DNA of 64,000 bases from an uncultured Nitrospiraceae bacterium (GCA_963727805.1 CAVSHF010000003.1:32001-96000), one strand, 5' to 3'; shown: positions 10,269-21,547, numbered from the stretch's first letter. Notes: generated from the sequence alone by a model not told the origin. Translations and numbers: made by a program.

Positions 10269-11021
10269 ATGAGAAATAAAATAACATTTCTTCTGGTGGC
10301 TGTGCTCTTAATGGCATGGACATCTGCTGTCTGTGCTGAAACGGTTACTCTACATGGGGCTGCAAGCACGGTTGATAGCCTTATAATGCCAAACAAGGCG
10401 GCAGTTGAAAAGAAGACTGGCTATACCCTCATCGTGGAAAAAAGCAATGCCGGAAAGGGGCTTATCGACCTCGCAGACGGAAAGTGCGATGCTTCGCTTG
10501 CTTCTGCATCGCTGGATGCCATGGTCAAGGCTGCCAAGTCTGCTGGACGTGACATTGATGCATCGAGGCTTGTGCTGAGTGTGGCGGCAAGTGATGAAGT
10601 GGTGTTTATAGTGCATCTGTCTAATCCGGTGACCAAGTTGACCTGGGATCAGCTTCGTGACATTCACACCGGAAAGATCACGAACTGGAATGAGGTTGGA
10701 GGTAAGGATGCCCCGATTATTATATTTACTGACGCTGCCGCAAGCGCGACGCGTGGTCTGATCAAACAAGTGGTTATGGGCAATCAGGAGTATAGTGCTA
10801 AGGCTAATGCCTTGGATTTTGTCGAAAAGGTCAATGACATGGTTGCTACAAATGTAAACGCGATCGGCGGTCTTGGCAAGGGATTTGTGAAGCCGGATCA
10901 GGTCAAGGTTGTCGAATCCAAGAAGATTGAACGCCCGCTCGGTTTTATTACCATTGGAGAACCTTCCGGAGCAGTGAGGCAGGTTATCGAAGCATTCCGG
11001 GCAGAAGTGAACAAAAAGTAG
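10269..11021 (+). CDS. Periplasmic binding protein (PstS/PBP2-like fold)
   Basis: Signal peptide; LHGAAST, NAGKGLIDL and IVHLSNPVTKLTWDQLRDIHTGKITNWNEVGG, typical of PBP_like_2. Confidence 0.85.
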   Translation: MRNKITFLLVAVLLMAWTSAVCAETVTLHGAASTVDSLIMPNKAAVEKKTGYTLIVEKSNAGKGLIDLADGKCDASLASASLDAMVKAAKSAGRDIDASRLVLSVAASDEVVFIVHLSNPVTKLTWDQLRDIHTGKITNWNEVGGKDAPIIIFTDAAASATRGLIKQVVMGNQEYSAKANALDFVEKVNDMVATNVNAIGGLGKGFVKPDQVKVVESKKIERPLGFITIGEPSGAVRQVIEAFRAEVNKK

Positions 11022-11041
11022 TCATTATTAACATGTGTTGC

Positions 11042-11075
11042 AAAAGGCTGTGCGAACATTCGCAAGGCCTTTTTT
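11042..11075 (+). terminator. Intrinsic terminator ending the yceI operon
   Basis: AAAAGGCTGTGCGAA-CA-TTCGCAAGGCCTTTTTT hairpin with U-tract. Confidence 0.6.
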
Positions 11076-11105
11076 ACGTACAATCTACATAAGTCGCAGC
11101 AAATC

Positions 11106-11489
11106 GTGGACCGAGCGCGATGTGCCTATTCGAATTTTGGTAGCCGAATTGACTGTCAAGGATGGGGCTGGGAAGTCACGACTCTTGGAGGTGGGGATTT
11201 GTACGCGGGCATCGCGAATGGCGTCCAGACCTCCGACCATAATCGTCTTTACACTGACACGTTTGATGGTACTTCTAGCGCGTCTCCCATTGTTGCCGGC
11301 CTGCTCACTTGCACCCAGGGTACCCTAATCGGGGCTAAGCGCGCTGTTTTGACGCTGGGTGATGCACGTCAGCTCTTGCGTAGTACAGGGTCTCAACAGC
11401 AATCTGCTCCAGACAGGCCCACGACCCAGAACATCGGTTCAAGACCCAACCTAAAGACTATATTACAGTCAATAATGGGATTTAAATAG
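11106..11489 (+). pseudogene. C-terminal fragment of an S8 subtilase
   Basis: YSNFGSRIDCQGWG and DGTSSASPIVAG (catalytic Ser motif) are present; the Asp/His half is missing, truncated at the upstream terminator. Confidence 0.8.
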
Positions 11490-11606
11490 ATCATTTAGGG
11501 AATTCAGCATCGTGACCTGCAAAAATGGGCAACTGGTCGGGAAGTGAATATAATGAAATATAATGCACTAGCTATAAGAATTTGACAAAAGAAAGGAGTT
11601 GTTGTC

Positions 11607-13142
11607 ATGGCAAATTCAGTAACCATATCGGCAGTGCCAGCTAGTTTTCAAAAAATCGAGCACATCGTGGTCCTGATGCTTGAAAACCGTTCCTTCGACC
11701 ATCTTTTAGGCTTTATGAATGCGAACAATCCGGACATCGTCGGCCTTAGGGGAAACGAGACCAATTATCCAGATCCGAACAATTCCGTATCACCTCAAAC
11801 GGTCTGTAAGGCCACCTCTTTCATGATGCCTTTTGATCCCGGCCATGAATTTATGGATGTGCAACTTCAACTCTATGGCCCTAAGAACCCGCCGCCTTCT
11901 TCTTCGTCATCTACCCCGAATTCTCCAACCGAACCAGCGCAAATGAACGGCTTTCTTTGCAGTGCCATCTACAACGCTCAGCAACAAAAAGTCGACGCAA
12001 AAGACGCATCGCGAATAATGGAATGCTTCCAGCCGGGGCAGGTAACGGTACTTTCCGCACTCATCCAGGAATTCACCCTGTTTAATTTCTGGCATTCTTC
12101 TCTGCCGGGGCCGACTTGGCCCAACCGTTTTTTCGCGCATGCAGCAACCTCCGGCGGTCTAACCGATAGCCCTGATGATGAAAGGATTATCGAAGGATTT
12201 TCATTCCCGAATGGCACAATCTACGACAGGCTGACAGACGCAAAGAAAGCATGGCGCATCTATCATGGCGACCTGCCGCAGACTGCCGGCATCGATAGCC
12301 TGCGATTGGAATTTTTAAATCCATTCACAAAGAATTTTCGCAAGATGGATGACTTCACAGCCGATGTAAAATCGGGAGACCTGCCGGAATACACCTTCAT
12401 CGAGCCAAAGTACAATACGGGCAACAATTACGTTAACGGAAATTCCATGCACCCGGTGAATGACATCAGGAATGGAGAAAGTCTTATTAAACAGGTATAT
12501 GAAACCCTTCGGAATTCGGCATTGTGGGATAAGCTCATGCTCATCATCACCTTCGACGAACACGGCGGCTTCTATGATCACGTATCGCCGCCTGCTGCGG
12601 TACCGACCGGCGATGATACTCGCTACGCCAATCCGGAACACCCATTCGCTTTTGATCACCTCGGGGTGCGTGTACCGGCGGTTGTGGTTTCGGCCTACAC
12701 CCAGAAGGGGGCAGTGATCGGCACAGATGCAACTAACGTCGCCACCCGCTTTGACCACACTTCTATCTTGGCCACGGTTAGTAAGCTTTTTGGCCTACGT
12801 CACCTGACCAAGCGAGACGTAAAAGCCAATACCCTCGATATTGCGCTGAACTTGGAAACGCCCCGCTTAACATCCGCCGATGCTCTTACAACCTTACCAG
12901 ACACAGCATCTGATTCTGTGGTAGAACATGCTGTTACTGCACCGGTCCAACTTCCTCTGTCCGGATTCCAGCAAAATCAGTTGGCATTAGCGCATGTCTG
13001 CGACATGCAGATTTCCGACAAAACACAGCACCCGGCACTAACATCACGGTTTCAAATCATCACTTCGCAGAAAGATGCCGCAGATTACATTCAGGAAGTG
13101 GAAGACAAGATTTATTTAAGACGGTCTCAGATAACAAAATGA
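11607..13142 (+). CDS. Phosphoesterase / non-specific phospholipase C family
   Basis: VVLMLENRSFDH, PGPTWPNRFF, ITFDEHGGFYDHV, GVRVP and FDHTSI motifs; AAGGAG RBS; no obvious signal peptide. Confidence 0.92.
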   Translation: MANSVTISAVPASFQKIEHIVVLMLENRSFDHLLGFMNANNPDIVGLRGNETNYPDPNNSVSPQTVCKATSFMMPFDPGHEFMDVQLQLYGPKNPPPSSSSSTPNSPTEPAQMNGFLCSAIYNAQQQKVDAKDASRIMECFQPGQVTVLSALIQEFTLFNFWHSSLPGPTWPNRFFAHAATSGGLTDSPDDERIIEGFSFPNGTIYDRLTDAKKAWRIYHGDLPQTAGIDSLRLEFLNPFTKNFRKMDDFTADVKSGDLPEYTFIEPKYNTGNNYVNGNSMHPVNDIRNGESLIKQVYETLRNSALWDKLMLIITFDEHGGFYDHVSPPAAVPTGDDTRYANPEHPFAFDHLGVRVPAVVVSAYTQKGAVIGTDATNVATRFDHTSILATVSKLFGLRHLTKRDVKANTLDIALNLETPRLTSADALTTLPDTASDSVVEHAVTAPVQLPLSGFQQNQLALAHVCDMQISDKTQHPALTSRFQIITSQKDAADYIQEVEDKIYLRRSQITK

Positions 13143-13719
13143 TGTTACTGATGAGGTTGAATTCCCACATATTTATGGAGAAGTTTGTTAATTTGTGATG
13201 GTGGGCAACTAACCGTTAATGGAGATGACGCGTGTTGGGGTACATAAACATAGACTATCTCGAAGATTATAGTGCAGCTATTTGGGCGCTTGCATTTCAA
13301 AAAGCTGCATAAGGAAAAGTACAAGGAAGACGGGGTTAACAGTTAACTCAATGTTTGTCTTGCTATTTATAATTGAGAACGAACATTCATACATTGACAG
13401 GCTGTAAGTAGCTTGGTAAGCTTTGAGCAATGGGAGGGAATCGACCGCCTGAAGTCTCACGGTTGCGGCCGATTGCCCTTTTTTTGTGAAAATTGTTTTA
13501 AGTATTAAGCTTTAGGAATTTGCCGGACGGAGACTATTCGACAAGAGAGTCTCGGTGCACGGCAAGGCTGAAGGTCGTGCAATAGTTGTAATAGAAGATT
13601 GCCTGATATATGGATTCGAGCTGTTAACATCGGAGATGGAATGGTTATTGTTTCATTTAGTAACCTGATAGGTTGTTGAAAAAACAGTTCATTGCATCAA
13701 CTTATAGGAGAGTGGGAAA

Positions 13720-14181
13720 ATGGACAATTACCAGACCTTCGTGATTGTAGCCGGCGCACTCGCTAAACTCGTTGTAGTCGCCATGCTGCTTGAACGCGGA
13801 CTGGCGGTCATTTTTGAGTACGAATGGTTCGTGCGTCTGACAACAAAAAAGGACGGTACGAGTCGATTCCCTGGACTAAAAGGAATCCTGGCACCCATAG
13901 CGGCCTATATCATATGCAATGAATATGATTTCGACGTTTTATTCGTTGTGTTAAATGGAACGTATCCTAAAACTGTTGACCCTCTGGGCGTCGCATTAAC
14001 TAGTCTAATCGTAGCAGGTGGCAGCGCTGGCGCCATAATGATATTTCAAGGATACTTGAATCTAAGTAAGCAAGGTAGAGATGCCGCCGTTGAAGCAAAG
14101 AAGACTGCCGCAGAAGCTGATAAAGTTAATGCAGAAGCTGATAAAGCTGAAGCAGAGGCTAGAAAGAGAGCTGTGGTCTAG
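13720..14181 (+). CDS. Hypothetical membrane protein with Ala/Glu/Lys coiled tail
   Basis: About three hydrophobic segments; AEADKVNAEADKAEAEA repeat; AGGAG RBS. Confidence 0.7.
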   Translation: MDNYQTFVIVAGALAKLVVVAMLLERGLAVIFEYEWFVRLTTKKDGTSRFPGLKGILAPIAAYIICNEYDFDVLFVVLNGTYPKTVDPLGVALTSLIVAGGSAGAIMIFQGYLNLSKQGRDAAVEAKKTAAEADKVNAEADKAEAEARKRAVV

Positions 14182-14599
14182 GGAGGATAGCAGGCAGGCA
14201 AGAACTGGATTTATGAACATCGGCCCGACTAGTCTTCACGAATCACTTGAGGCCAGGTTCATGGACAAGACTGACAAAGAAATCAAAAATTATAACAAAG
14301 GCTTCTCAATAGGGCAGGCTGCTCAGGCCCAAGACAATACTCTAGATATGCATGTGGTTTGTATAAACCAGTGCAATCGAGAAGGTTCGAAAAAGGATCG
14401 ATAAGCAATTAGCGCTGAGGTGCTAGCGTGCATTTGAGAATCGAGAACTAATATCTGGAGATTTCAGGCGAAACACTAGACATGACTGGTGCAGAGGCTT
14501 TTTGTCATCCACGCGTAGCGGAGAACTACGGCCTCCGAGAGGGCTGCAACTTTTACCGACCTCTATCTCGGCCGAGGTCAAGTATGAGGAGGATACCCC

Positions 14600-16192
14600 A
14601 TGCCAACAAATCCTAACCGTTCGACTGTCCGTGGCAGCGATCGTGTCCCCTTTCGCGGGGCGCACGCCGTCGGTCCAGTTCCTGAAGACGAGCGCTTTGA
14701 AGTGACTGTTCGAGTGCGCCGCAAAGCACCTCTCCAGAGCTTGGTGGCAGGCAGCTTCCCAGCAGACCAATTGCCTGGAGAGCGTCGCTACTTGACCCGC
14801 GACCAATACGCTACTACACATGGCGCCGATCCAGCCGACCTTGCGAAAGTCGAGGCATTTGCTCGAGCACAGGGCCTTGTAGTGGTCGAAACCAGTATAG
14901 CTAGGCGTAGCGTTTTCCTGTCGGGCATGGCTACTCAATTCGCCGCAGCATTCGGAACAACGATCGAACACTACGAACATGATGGTGGCACATACCGCGG
15001 CCGGACTGGTCCGTTAACGATTCCTGCCGATTTGGCGGATATCGTCGAGGGCGTGTTCGGAATCGATGACCGTCCAGTAGCTAGGCCGCACTTCCAGCGA
15101 TATAAGCCAGCACCAAGTATCGGTTTGCAAGCTCATGTTGCTGGCAACTCGTTCACTCCGCCAGAACTAGCAAAGCTCTACAGTTTCCCGACCGGCCTGG
15201 ATGGCACGGGGCAGTGTATTGCGATCATCGAACTCGACGGTGGCTATCGCTTGGACGACATTAATGCCTATTTTAAAGAGCTCGGCATACCCGTGCCCAA
15301 TGTCGTGACGGTCCGGGTCGATGGTGGGCAGAATCAGCCTTCAACATCTGACAGCGCTGACACTGAAGTCATGCTCGATATAGAAGTAGCGGCCGCGATT
15401 GCACCGAAGGCGCTAATTGCCGTTTACTTCGCGCCTAACACCGATAAAGGGTTCTTGGATGCCATTACCATGGCGATGCACGACACGGACAATAAGCCAT
15501 CGGTAGTCTCCATAAGTTGGGGGAGCGCAGAACAGAATTGGAGCGCGCAGGCGATGACTTCTTTCGACCAAACATTTCAGTCGGCGGCTGCTCTGGGAGT
15601 AACGGTCTGTTGTGCGTCCGGTGACAACGGCTCCGGTGATGGCGAGGCTGATGGCAAGGCGCATGTGGACTTTCCAGCGTCGAGCCCCTACGCATTGGGT
15701 TGCGGAGGCACGAAGCTTACCATAGCGGGGAACGCGATATCTAATGAGCAGGTCTGGAATGAGGGGACCAGCAGCGCCACAGGAGGCGGTGTCAGTGACT
15801 TCTTCCCTATGCCAGCTTACCAGAGTACCGCAGGCATCCCGCCGTCGGCAAACGACTCAAAGCACACGGGCCGAGGTGTTCCCGATGTCTCTGCAGACGC
15901 AGACCCAGCAACTGGCTATGACGTGCGTGTTGACGGGCAAGAGTTTGTTATTGGCGGTACCAGCGCGGTAGCTCCCTTGTGGGCTGGCTTGATCTCACTG
16001 GCTAATCAAAAGTTGGGACATCCGGTCGGATTTCTCAACCCGTTGATCTATGGATCTCTCGTTGGTGCGGGTTCCTTCCAAGACGTTATAATGGGCAACA
16101 ACGGAGCATATTCCGCCAAACAGGGTTGGGACGCATGCACGGGCTGGGGGACGCCTAACGGGTCGAATCTTCTTCATGCGCTTGGAGGGTAA
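14600..16192 (+). CDS. S53 sedolisin/kumamolisin peptidase with pro-domain
   Basis: Pro-kumamolisin domain; catalytic EVMLD (Glu/Asp), SGDNG oxyanion Asp, GGTSAVAP Ser; GWDACTGWGTP Ca site; GAGGAGG RBS. Confidence 0.95.
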   Translation: MPTNPNRSTVRGSDRVPFRGAHAVGPVPEDERFEVTVRVRRKAPLQSLVAGSFPADQLPGERRYLTRDQYATTHGADPADLAKVEAFARAQGLVVVETSIARRSVFLSGMATQFAAAFGTTIEHYEHDGGTYRGRTGPLTIPADLADIVEGVFGIDDRPVARPHFQRYKPAPSIGLQAHVAGNSFTPPELAKLYSFPTGLDGTGQCIAIIELDGGYRLDDINAYFKELGIPVPNVVTVRVDGGQNQPSTSDSADTEVMLDIEVAAAIAPKALIAVYFAPNTDKGFLDAITMAMHDTDNKPSVVSISWGSAEQNWSAQAMTSFDQTFQSAAALGVTVCCASGDNGSGDGEADGKAHVDFPASSPYALGCGGTKLTIAGNAISNEQVWNEGTSSATGGGVSDFFPMPAYQSTAGIPPSANDSKHTGRGVPDVSADADPATGYDVRVDGQEFVIGGTSAVAPLWAGLISLANQKLGHPVGFLNPLIYGSLVGAGSFQDVIMGNNGAYSAKQGWDACTGWGTPNGSNLLHALGG

Positions 16193-16351
16193 GGGAAGGA
16201 ATCGCCTAACCAGTCGATACACATGAGCGCACGACCACGATTTTTCAGTGTTCAACGCCTCACAAGTCGCAGCGGCTCGTGAGGTGTCAGTGGGCCTATT
16301 GGGCGGTGTAAGGGTGCACATTGATAAAAGATTATATGAAAGGAGCAGGTC

Positions 16352-16891
16352 ATGAATAACTTTGTAAAATCGGTTTGCGTTCTTTTGGTATCTGTGCTGT
16401 CGGGGTGTGCTCACTTAGACTTTGGAGATGATAAAGGGCTAGCATATTACGATGCAAAACCATACCTGTTCGTGTCAACTACAACTGAATGTGTAACCAC
16501 CGCAACGATTATTGCCATGCCTGAAAGCAAGAGGGAAGTAAAATTTAAGTCCGGATATGGCTCAGCAGATTTATCAGTCAATCTAAGCAATGGGATGATT
16601 ACATCGGTAAATCAAAAAACCGATACGCAAATTCCAGCGACAATTACTTCGATTGCTGGGTTAGGCACCGCTGCCGCAGGAGTTCTTAAGTCAATGGCCG
16701 CCGCCCCTGCCGCACCCGAAAAACCAGTTTGTAAACCAACAGCTACTCTTTATCCTGTGGACAATGGTGTTCCAAATATTAATGCTCCGATATCTTTTTC
16801 AGTTACGGTAGAGCCAGCGAAAAGTGGTAGTAGTAAGGACACTCACTCGGATAAGGGGCGAAGCCGAACGAGTTCCTCCAATCTCGATTAA
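16352..16891 (+). CDS. Hypothetical lipoprotein
   Basis: Lipobox LSGC; AAGGAG RBS. Confidence 0.75.
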   Translation: MNNFVKSVCVLLVSVLSGCAHLDFGDDKGLAYYDAKPYLFVSTTTECVTTATIIAMPESKREVKFKSGYGSADLSVNLSNGMITSVNQKTDTQIPATITSIAGLGTAAAGVLKSMAAAPAAPEKPVCKPTATLYPVDNGVPNINAPISFSVTVEPAKSGSSKDTHSDKGRSRTSSSNLD

Positions 16892-17282
16892 CTTTTCATT
16901 TATAACTGACTCAATGCATGGGACAACTAGCGTGCTGAAAAAAAGAAAAAGGCTACTCCCGTACGGGCGGAATTCTCGTGTCAGACATTGTTTGTTTATT
17001 TTTGGTGTTGTTATTTCCTTTATCTTTTTTTTGATTCTCAATCTCGTTAAGTTTCTGAGCTTTCTCAAGTGGCAGTTCGACTTCTTTGTAATGCAGGATT
17101 CATCTCTCATATGCTTTATTATATTCCTCATAGTCAGCGCGGATTGTAGCACCTGCAAATAACCCGTAGAATGCGGAAAGCATCAGAACAATTATACAAT
17201 ATGGTCTCCAGTAGCTCGCTAGGTGACGCCTGTCACAGAATCGCCGACAGTTTCAGAATATAGTTAAATAAGGGAGGCGGGT

Positions 17283-17591
17283 ATGGCTAAAAATTCCAGA
17301 GCAATGAGTCTGTGTTGCGTTGCGAAATCGGGATTAGGAGTGGCCGTAGCCCCACTTTTTGAACTTGTATTGATTGCTACGCTGGCAGCTTCAATGGTCA
17401 GCGGTAACCAGACTCTCATCAGCGTCTTTGCTTTATGGTCCGTACTATTCACACTGCCATGCTGCGCCGCTTTCAGAGTTCTCGCAGGCGACGCAAAAGA
17501 TTACAGGCAAAACAGGATAGGTGTGCCCAAAGATAGTCTCGCGCCGGTCTTGTCACACCACAGACCACTACTGCAGGGGGAATGTGTTTGA
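17283..17591 (+). CDS. Small hypothetical membrane protein
   Basis: GGGAGG RBS; two hydrophobic segments. Confidence 0.45.
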   Translation: MAKNSRAMSLCCVAKSGLGVAVAPLFELVLIATLAASMVSGNQTLISVFALWSVLFTLPCCAAFRVLAGDAKDYRQNRIGVPKDSLAPVLSHHRPLLQGECV

Positions 17592-17991
17592 TAACAAGGT
17601 ATAGTTGGGTTCATGAGAGGCAGAAAACATGGCAGGAGAGACGAGAAGCTGGAATCGACCGTCACTTGAAACAGACAACATGAAAATAGATGCATTATGA
17701 AAGCTAACAGTCATCGTCACGATAATACCTCACATACCTGGGACTTTCAGGACATCTGCTCGCAACAGCTCCAATATGTTGCGAGCAGGGTCCTTCCTTT
17801 ACTTGGCTATTTTTGCTTAGAACCAGGCAAGCAATGATTCCAAAGAGAGAGATAGCGAAAGAGCGTTCGAACCGGTGCTGTGACGAACGCAAGCCCTGAT
17901 CAAAGGATCGTCATGAACAGTTTATAGGCTTTCGCTTGTTACAAGCATTATACCCATTATAAGCTGACCCCTTGAAACCGGTTGTAACAAT

Positions 17992-18050
17992 TAATTTCAG
18001 AAATCATTACATTCCTGTTACTGGCGGCACCGATAGTTTTCAGGTGACAT
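17992..18050 (+). repeat. Partial copy of the 5684/47605 repeat core
   Basis: CAGAAATCATTACATTCCTGTTACTGGCGGCACCGATAGTTTTCAG vs CGGAAATCATCACATTTCTGGCACTGGCGGCACTGATTGTTTTCAG at ~47693. Confidence 0.6.
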
Positions 18051-18986
18051 CGAGAATCGGCTCTTGAGCTGTTCCTATAATTGAGAGTGGACACTACATT
18101 GTAAGAATGCTTTGGTTTAACCTGTAATGCTCAGCGGGCGTCTCTCATTTCGTCTCCAAAAAAATTATTTGATTTGGCGTTGCAGGAGAGGGCATATATA
18201 TATCAGGCTAATTTGCTTGAAGATTTACTCCGGCAACGTTTCTTAACGGAAACGCTCAGTTGGTCAACCTCAGCAACACCCCGATCCTCTCAGCGACAGT
18301 GTTTGTTTCCGATAAAATGTGTTAAAAATTGATTATGTGTTTTATTGCGCACTCTTCAGGGGTTATATGACTTAAGAAACGGTAAGTACGGCCACTTACT
18401 GACGTTGGCTATGCGGGTATTGTATCATTTGCCAATTATACCAAGCGCATTCGAGAATTTTTAAGGGCCGTATATTGCTCCCTGAAATCGAGATCTGGGC
18501 AATCGTCAGATCTTGTGCAATTATGCTGCCAAACTTGAATTCGGTCGCTCCGGAAAGATCACTTTATGCGCTAAAGTCCGCATACGCAATGTGATATGCC
18601 ACTCTGCGGATTTGATCCGACAGCAATGTATTTCTCATTCAGTATGTCTGAATTAATTTGTCTATAGTCTTTCCACCTTCGATTGAACGTAGATCCTTGA
18701 CAACCACTTATCTAAGTGGTAGACTTTTACATTTCCTGAAGATACTATTATCTTCGTCAGGCGCTGACCGGGCATCTGGGAGGAGTCGAGAGGCGCGTGA
18801 CAACATTAACTTCTTTGATGGAGGTTTCTGTTGCACGAACGCGTTACTTTACTTCCACTCCCGACTCTTTTATCCTGCATTTCTATTCGTATTTCTTCTG
18901 GGTTATCGCGAAGGAGATTTACCCCTATATTGAACTGAAGTATGGAGGAGTTTGTATATTTTATTGAATTAAAGGAGAAGATCACA

Positions 18987-21314
18987 ATGAAGCCACATCT
19001 TTTAATGTTTTACCTCCTACGGATTGCTTTTACCCTGGTGCTTTTGAGTCCTATTGGTGTGTGTTCTGTGCGTCATGCCAATGCCGATGGCAGTTTTATT
19101 TCCGCGCCGAACCGCGTAGACATGGTTCACGACCCGATTCGCAACATCCTCTATATCACTTCGGGAGGCCAGGTCTTACAGTACGACCTCAAGGCCCAGC
19201 AATTTCTCACCCCGTTTCAGTTGGGTGGGAATTTGAAGGGTATTGACCTTTCGCCCGACGCTAACACTCTGGCTGTAGCGGATGAAGGACAAATTGGCAT
19301 ATTTCTAATCACCCTTAACACCGGCGACAAACAAAGGGTTTCCTTCACTCCAGGGCAATTTGGTGAAGAAGGCACTTTTTCAGTCGCCTACGGCAACGAT
19401 GGTAATATCTTGATTACAAGCTCGTTCAACGGTTCGGGATGGGTACCGCTGCGACAGTACAATCCCAGTACCGGGGCCGTAACGATTATCTCCTCGCTCA
19501 TGGATATTACGCAGGACACAATGTTGAGCGCAAGTGCCGATGGCAGTATAATCGGCTTTGCAGAAAGTAACATCTCCGATGGAAGGTGGGGACGTTATAG
19601 GGTTAGTGATGGGGATTATGTTGAACGTACAGGCTATGCAGATGGTACCAGCGCATTCAACTATGAGATTGCTACGAACCGCAACGGGACGCAGTTTGCG
19701 ATCCCGACATATTACGGAACATATATTTACGATTCTAATTACAACAAAATATCCACGATTGGTACATATGCAGGAACGCAACCCATTGGGTGTGTTTATC
19801 ATCCAAACAAAGACATCCTCTATTGCGCAATGTCTGGAACAAATGAGTTGCTTGCCTACGAGACCTCTTGGTTTGCTCAAGTTGGGTCATATAATGTGGA
19901 ATACACATTCCAGAATCCTGGCAACTTTGCCTATCAGCAAGGACGTCTAAAAATATCGCGTGACGGCTCGTTGCTCTTTGTTACTGTGGGAGGAGGAGTC
20001 CAGTATGTAGCCAATAATCCCATCTCTTATCAGCTAACTGCAAACACTACAGGCACCGGAAGCGGCATTCTCACAAGCACCACATCGTTGCTCCAGTGCT
20101 CGGGTAATACTTGCAGTGGTATGCTGGATGCACTGACAAGCGCAACTATTACCGCCACCCCTGATGCCAATTCTTTCTTTGCCGGCTGGACTGGCTGCCA
20201 GAATGCCACGAACAACCCTTGCTTGATTACGATGACTGCCGCCTCTACGGTTACCGCTACTATTAATGCCTGCAACATCACTATCACTCCTCCCTCAAAC
20301 ACTAGCTTTGAGTACCCCGGTGGCGGGGCTAACATAATGATCACAGCTGCAGATAGTTCGTGTGCATGGACTGCGACAAGCAGCAATCCCTCCTGGTTAT
20401 CCTTAACATCGGCAAGCAATGGAAGTGGCAATGGGTCTGTGACGTTTACCGTATTAAATAATCCAAGGAGTATTAAGCGTACAGGGACTATTACCATTGC
20501 TGGGCAACAGGTCACCATCGTACAGGCTGCTTCAAAACAGTCCAAAATTGGGGTTTTTAGAAACGGTGCATGGTACATGGATTATCTGGCTACAACTTCG
20601 TGGAGCGGTTGCGATTCGGACGGTTGCTATAACTTCGGGATGGCCTCCGACATACCTGTAATTGGTAATTGGGATGGCACGGGCCCTTTACGCATGGGCG
20701 TTTTTAGGCAGGGTAAATGGTATCTCGATATAAAAGGCAATGGGATATGGGATCCCTCGGTTGACACCTCTGCCACATTCGGAATGGTTGGCGATATTCC
20801 TGTCGTTGGAGACTGGAACGGCAGTGGAAATACCAAAATCGGGGTATTTAGAAATGGAATGTGGTATCTTGATTACAATGGCAGCAATGCGTGGGAAAGT
20901 TGCGGTGCGCCAGCTAATACCGCCAAAGACGCTTGCATATCTTTTGGTATGGTTGGCGATATTCCTGTTGTTGGGGACTGGAATGGCAGTGGCGTGGCTA
21001 AGATCGGAGTATTCAGAAACGGGATGTGGTACCTTGACTACCCCGGTACGGGCACATGGGTTGGCTGTGGAGCGCCCGCTGACGTAACTAAAGATGCCTG
21101 TATACCGTTTGGCATGGCGGGTGATATCCCCGTCGTCGGAGACTGGAATGGTGACGGAAGGATAAAGATAGGAGTATTTAGGGATGGGACATGGTATCTG
21201 GACTATAATGGCAACAACACGTGGGATGGATGTGGAGCACCGGGTGACTTAACCAAAGATGCCTGCTTTACGTATGGATTCCCTACAGATATTCCTATCG
21301 CTGGACAGTGGTAA
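18987..21314 (+). CDS. Secreted surface protein: YncE-like beta-propeller, Cys-rich InlB-B-like repeat, BACON, C-terminal GDWNG repeats
   Basis: AAAGGAG RBS and signal peptide; propeller-like repeats (GIDLSPDANTLAVAD); ATPDANSFFAGWTGC; SWLSLTS...GNGSVTFTV...RTGTITIAGQ (BACON); repeated KIGVFRNGxWYLD...GDIPVVGDWNG. Confidence 0.85.
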   Translation: MKPHLLMFYLLRIAFTLVLLSPIGVCSVRHANADGSFISAPNRVDMVHDPIRNILYITSGGQVLQYDLKAQQFLTPFQLGGNLKGIDLSPDANTLAVADEGQIGIFLITLNTGDKQRVSFTPGQFGEEGTFSVAYGNDGNILITSSFNGSGWVPLRQYNPSTGAVTIISSLMDITQDTMLSASADGSIIGFAESNISDGRWGRYRVSDGDYVERTGYADGTSAFNYEIATNRNGTQFAIPTYYGTYIYDSNYNKISTIGTYAGTQPIGCVYHPNKDILYCAMSGTNELLAYETSWFAQVGSYNVEYTFQNPGNFAYQQGRLKISRDGSLLFVTVGGGVQYVANNPISYQLTANTTGTGSGILTSTTSLLQCSGNTCSGMLDALTSATITATPDANSFFAGWTGCQNATNNPCLITMTAASTVTATINACNITITPPSNTSFEYPGGGANIMITAADSSCAWTATSSNPSWLSLTSASNGSGNGSVTFTVLNNPRSIKRTGTITIAGQQVTIVQAASKQSKIGVFRNGAWYMDYLATTSWSGCDSDGCYNFGMASDIPVIGNWDGTGPLRMGVFRQGKWYLDIKGNGIWDPSVDTSATFGMVGDIPVVGDWNGSGNTKIGVFRNGMWYLDYNGSNAWESCGAPANTAKDACISFGMVGDIPVVGDWNGSGVAKIGVFRNGMWYLDYPGTGTWVGCGAPADVTKDACIPFGMAGDIPVVGDWNGDGRIKIGVFRDGTWYLDYNGNNTWDGCGAPGDLTKDACFTYGFPTDIPIAGQW

Positions 21315-21547
21315 GTACTAATTTGTTCGACTTCTAAAAGAAATGGGCTCTGTGAGCTAATCAATACTTGGGATAGCCTAACTACCTTTCCCGCGAACAG
21401 CTTTCAGGTGCCGCTTTTTTTTTGCATCGCGGCATTATAAAAAGGCCACTAAAACAGAGTAATTCATCTTACAGAATTGTTGAACAACAGATCGATAGAG
21501 CTGTAAACTGAGATCTTATTTTGACTCAACACAGAAAGGGGAATTTA

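Noticed and set aside
16953..17205. Minus-strand frame with signal-like start and in-frame TGA at 17100-17102 as a second selenoprotein
   Set aside because: No hairpin after the TGA and no Cys/redox context (YER*ILHY suggests Trp to stop); more likely a pseudogene.
17755..17790. Hairpin TGCTCGCAACA...TGTTGCGAGCA as an ncRNA
   Set aside because: Isolated stem with no recognisable family context; cannot be supported further.
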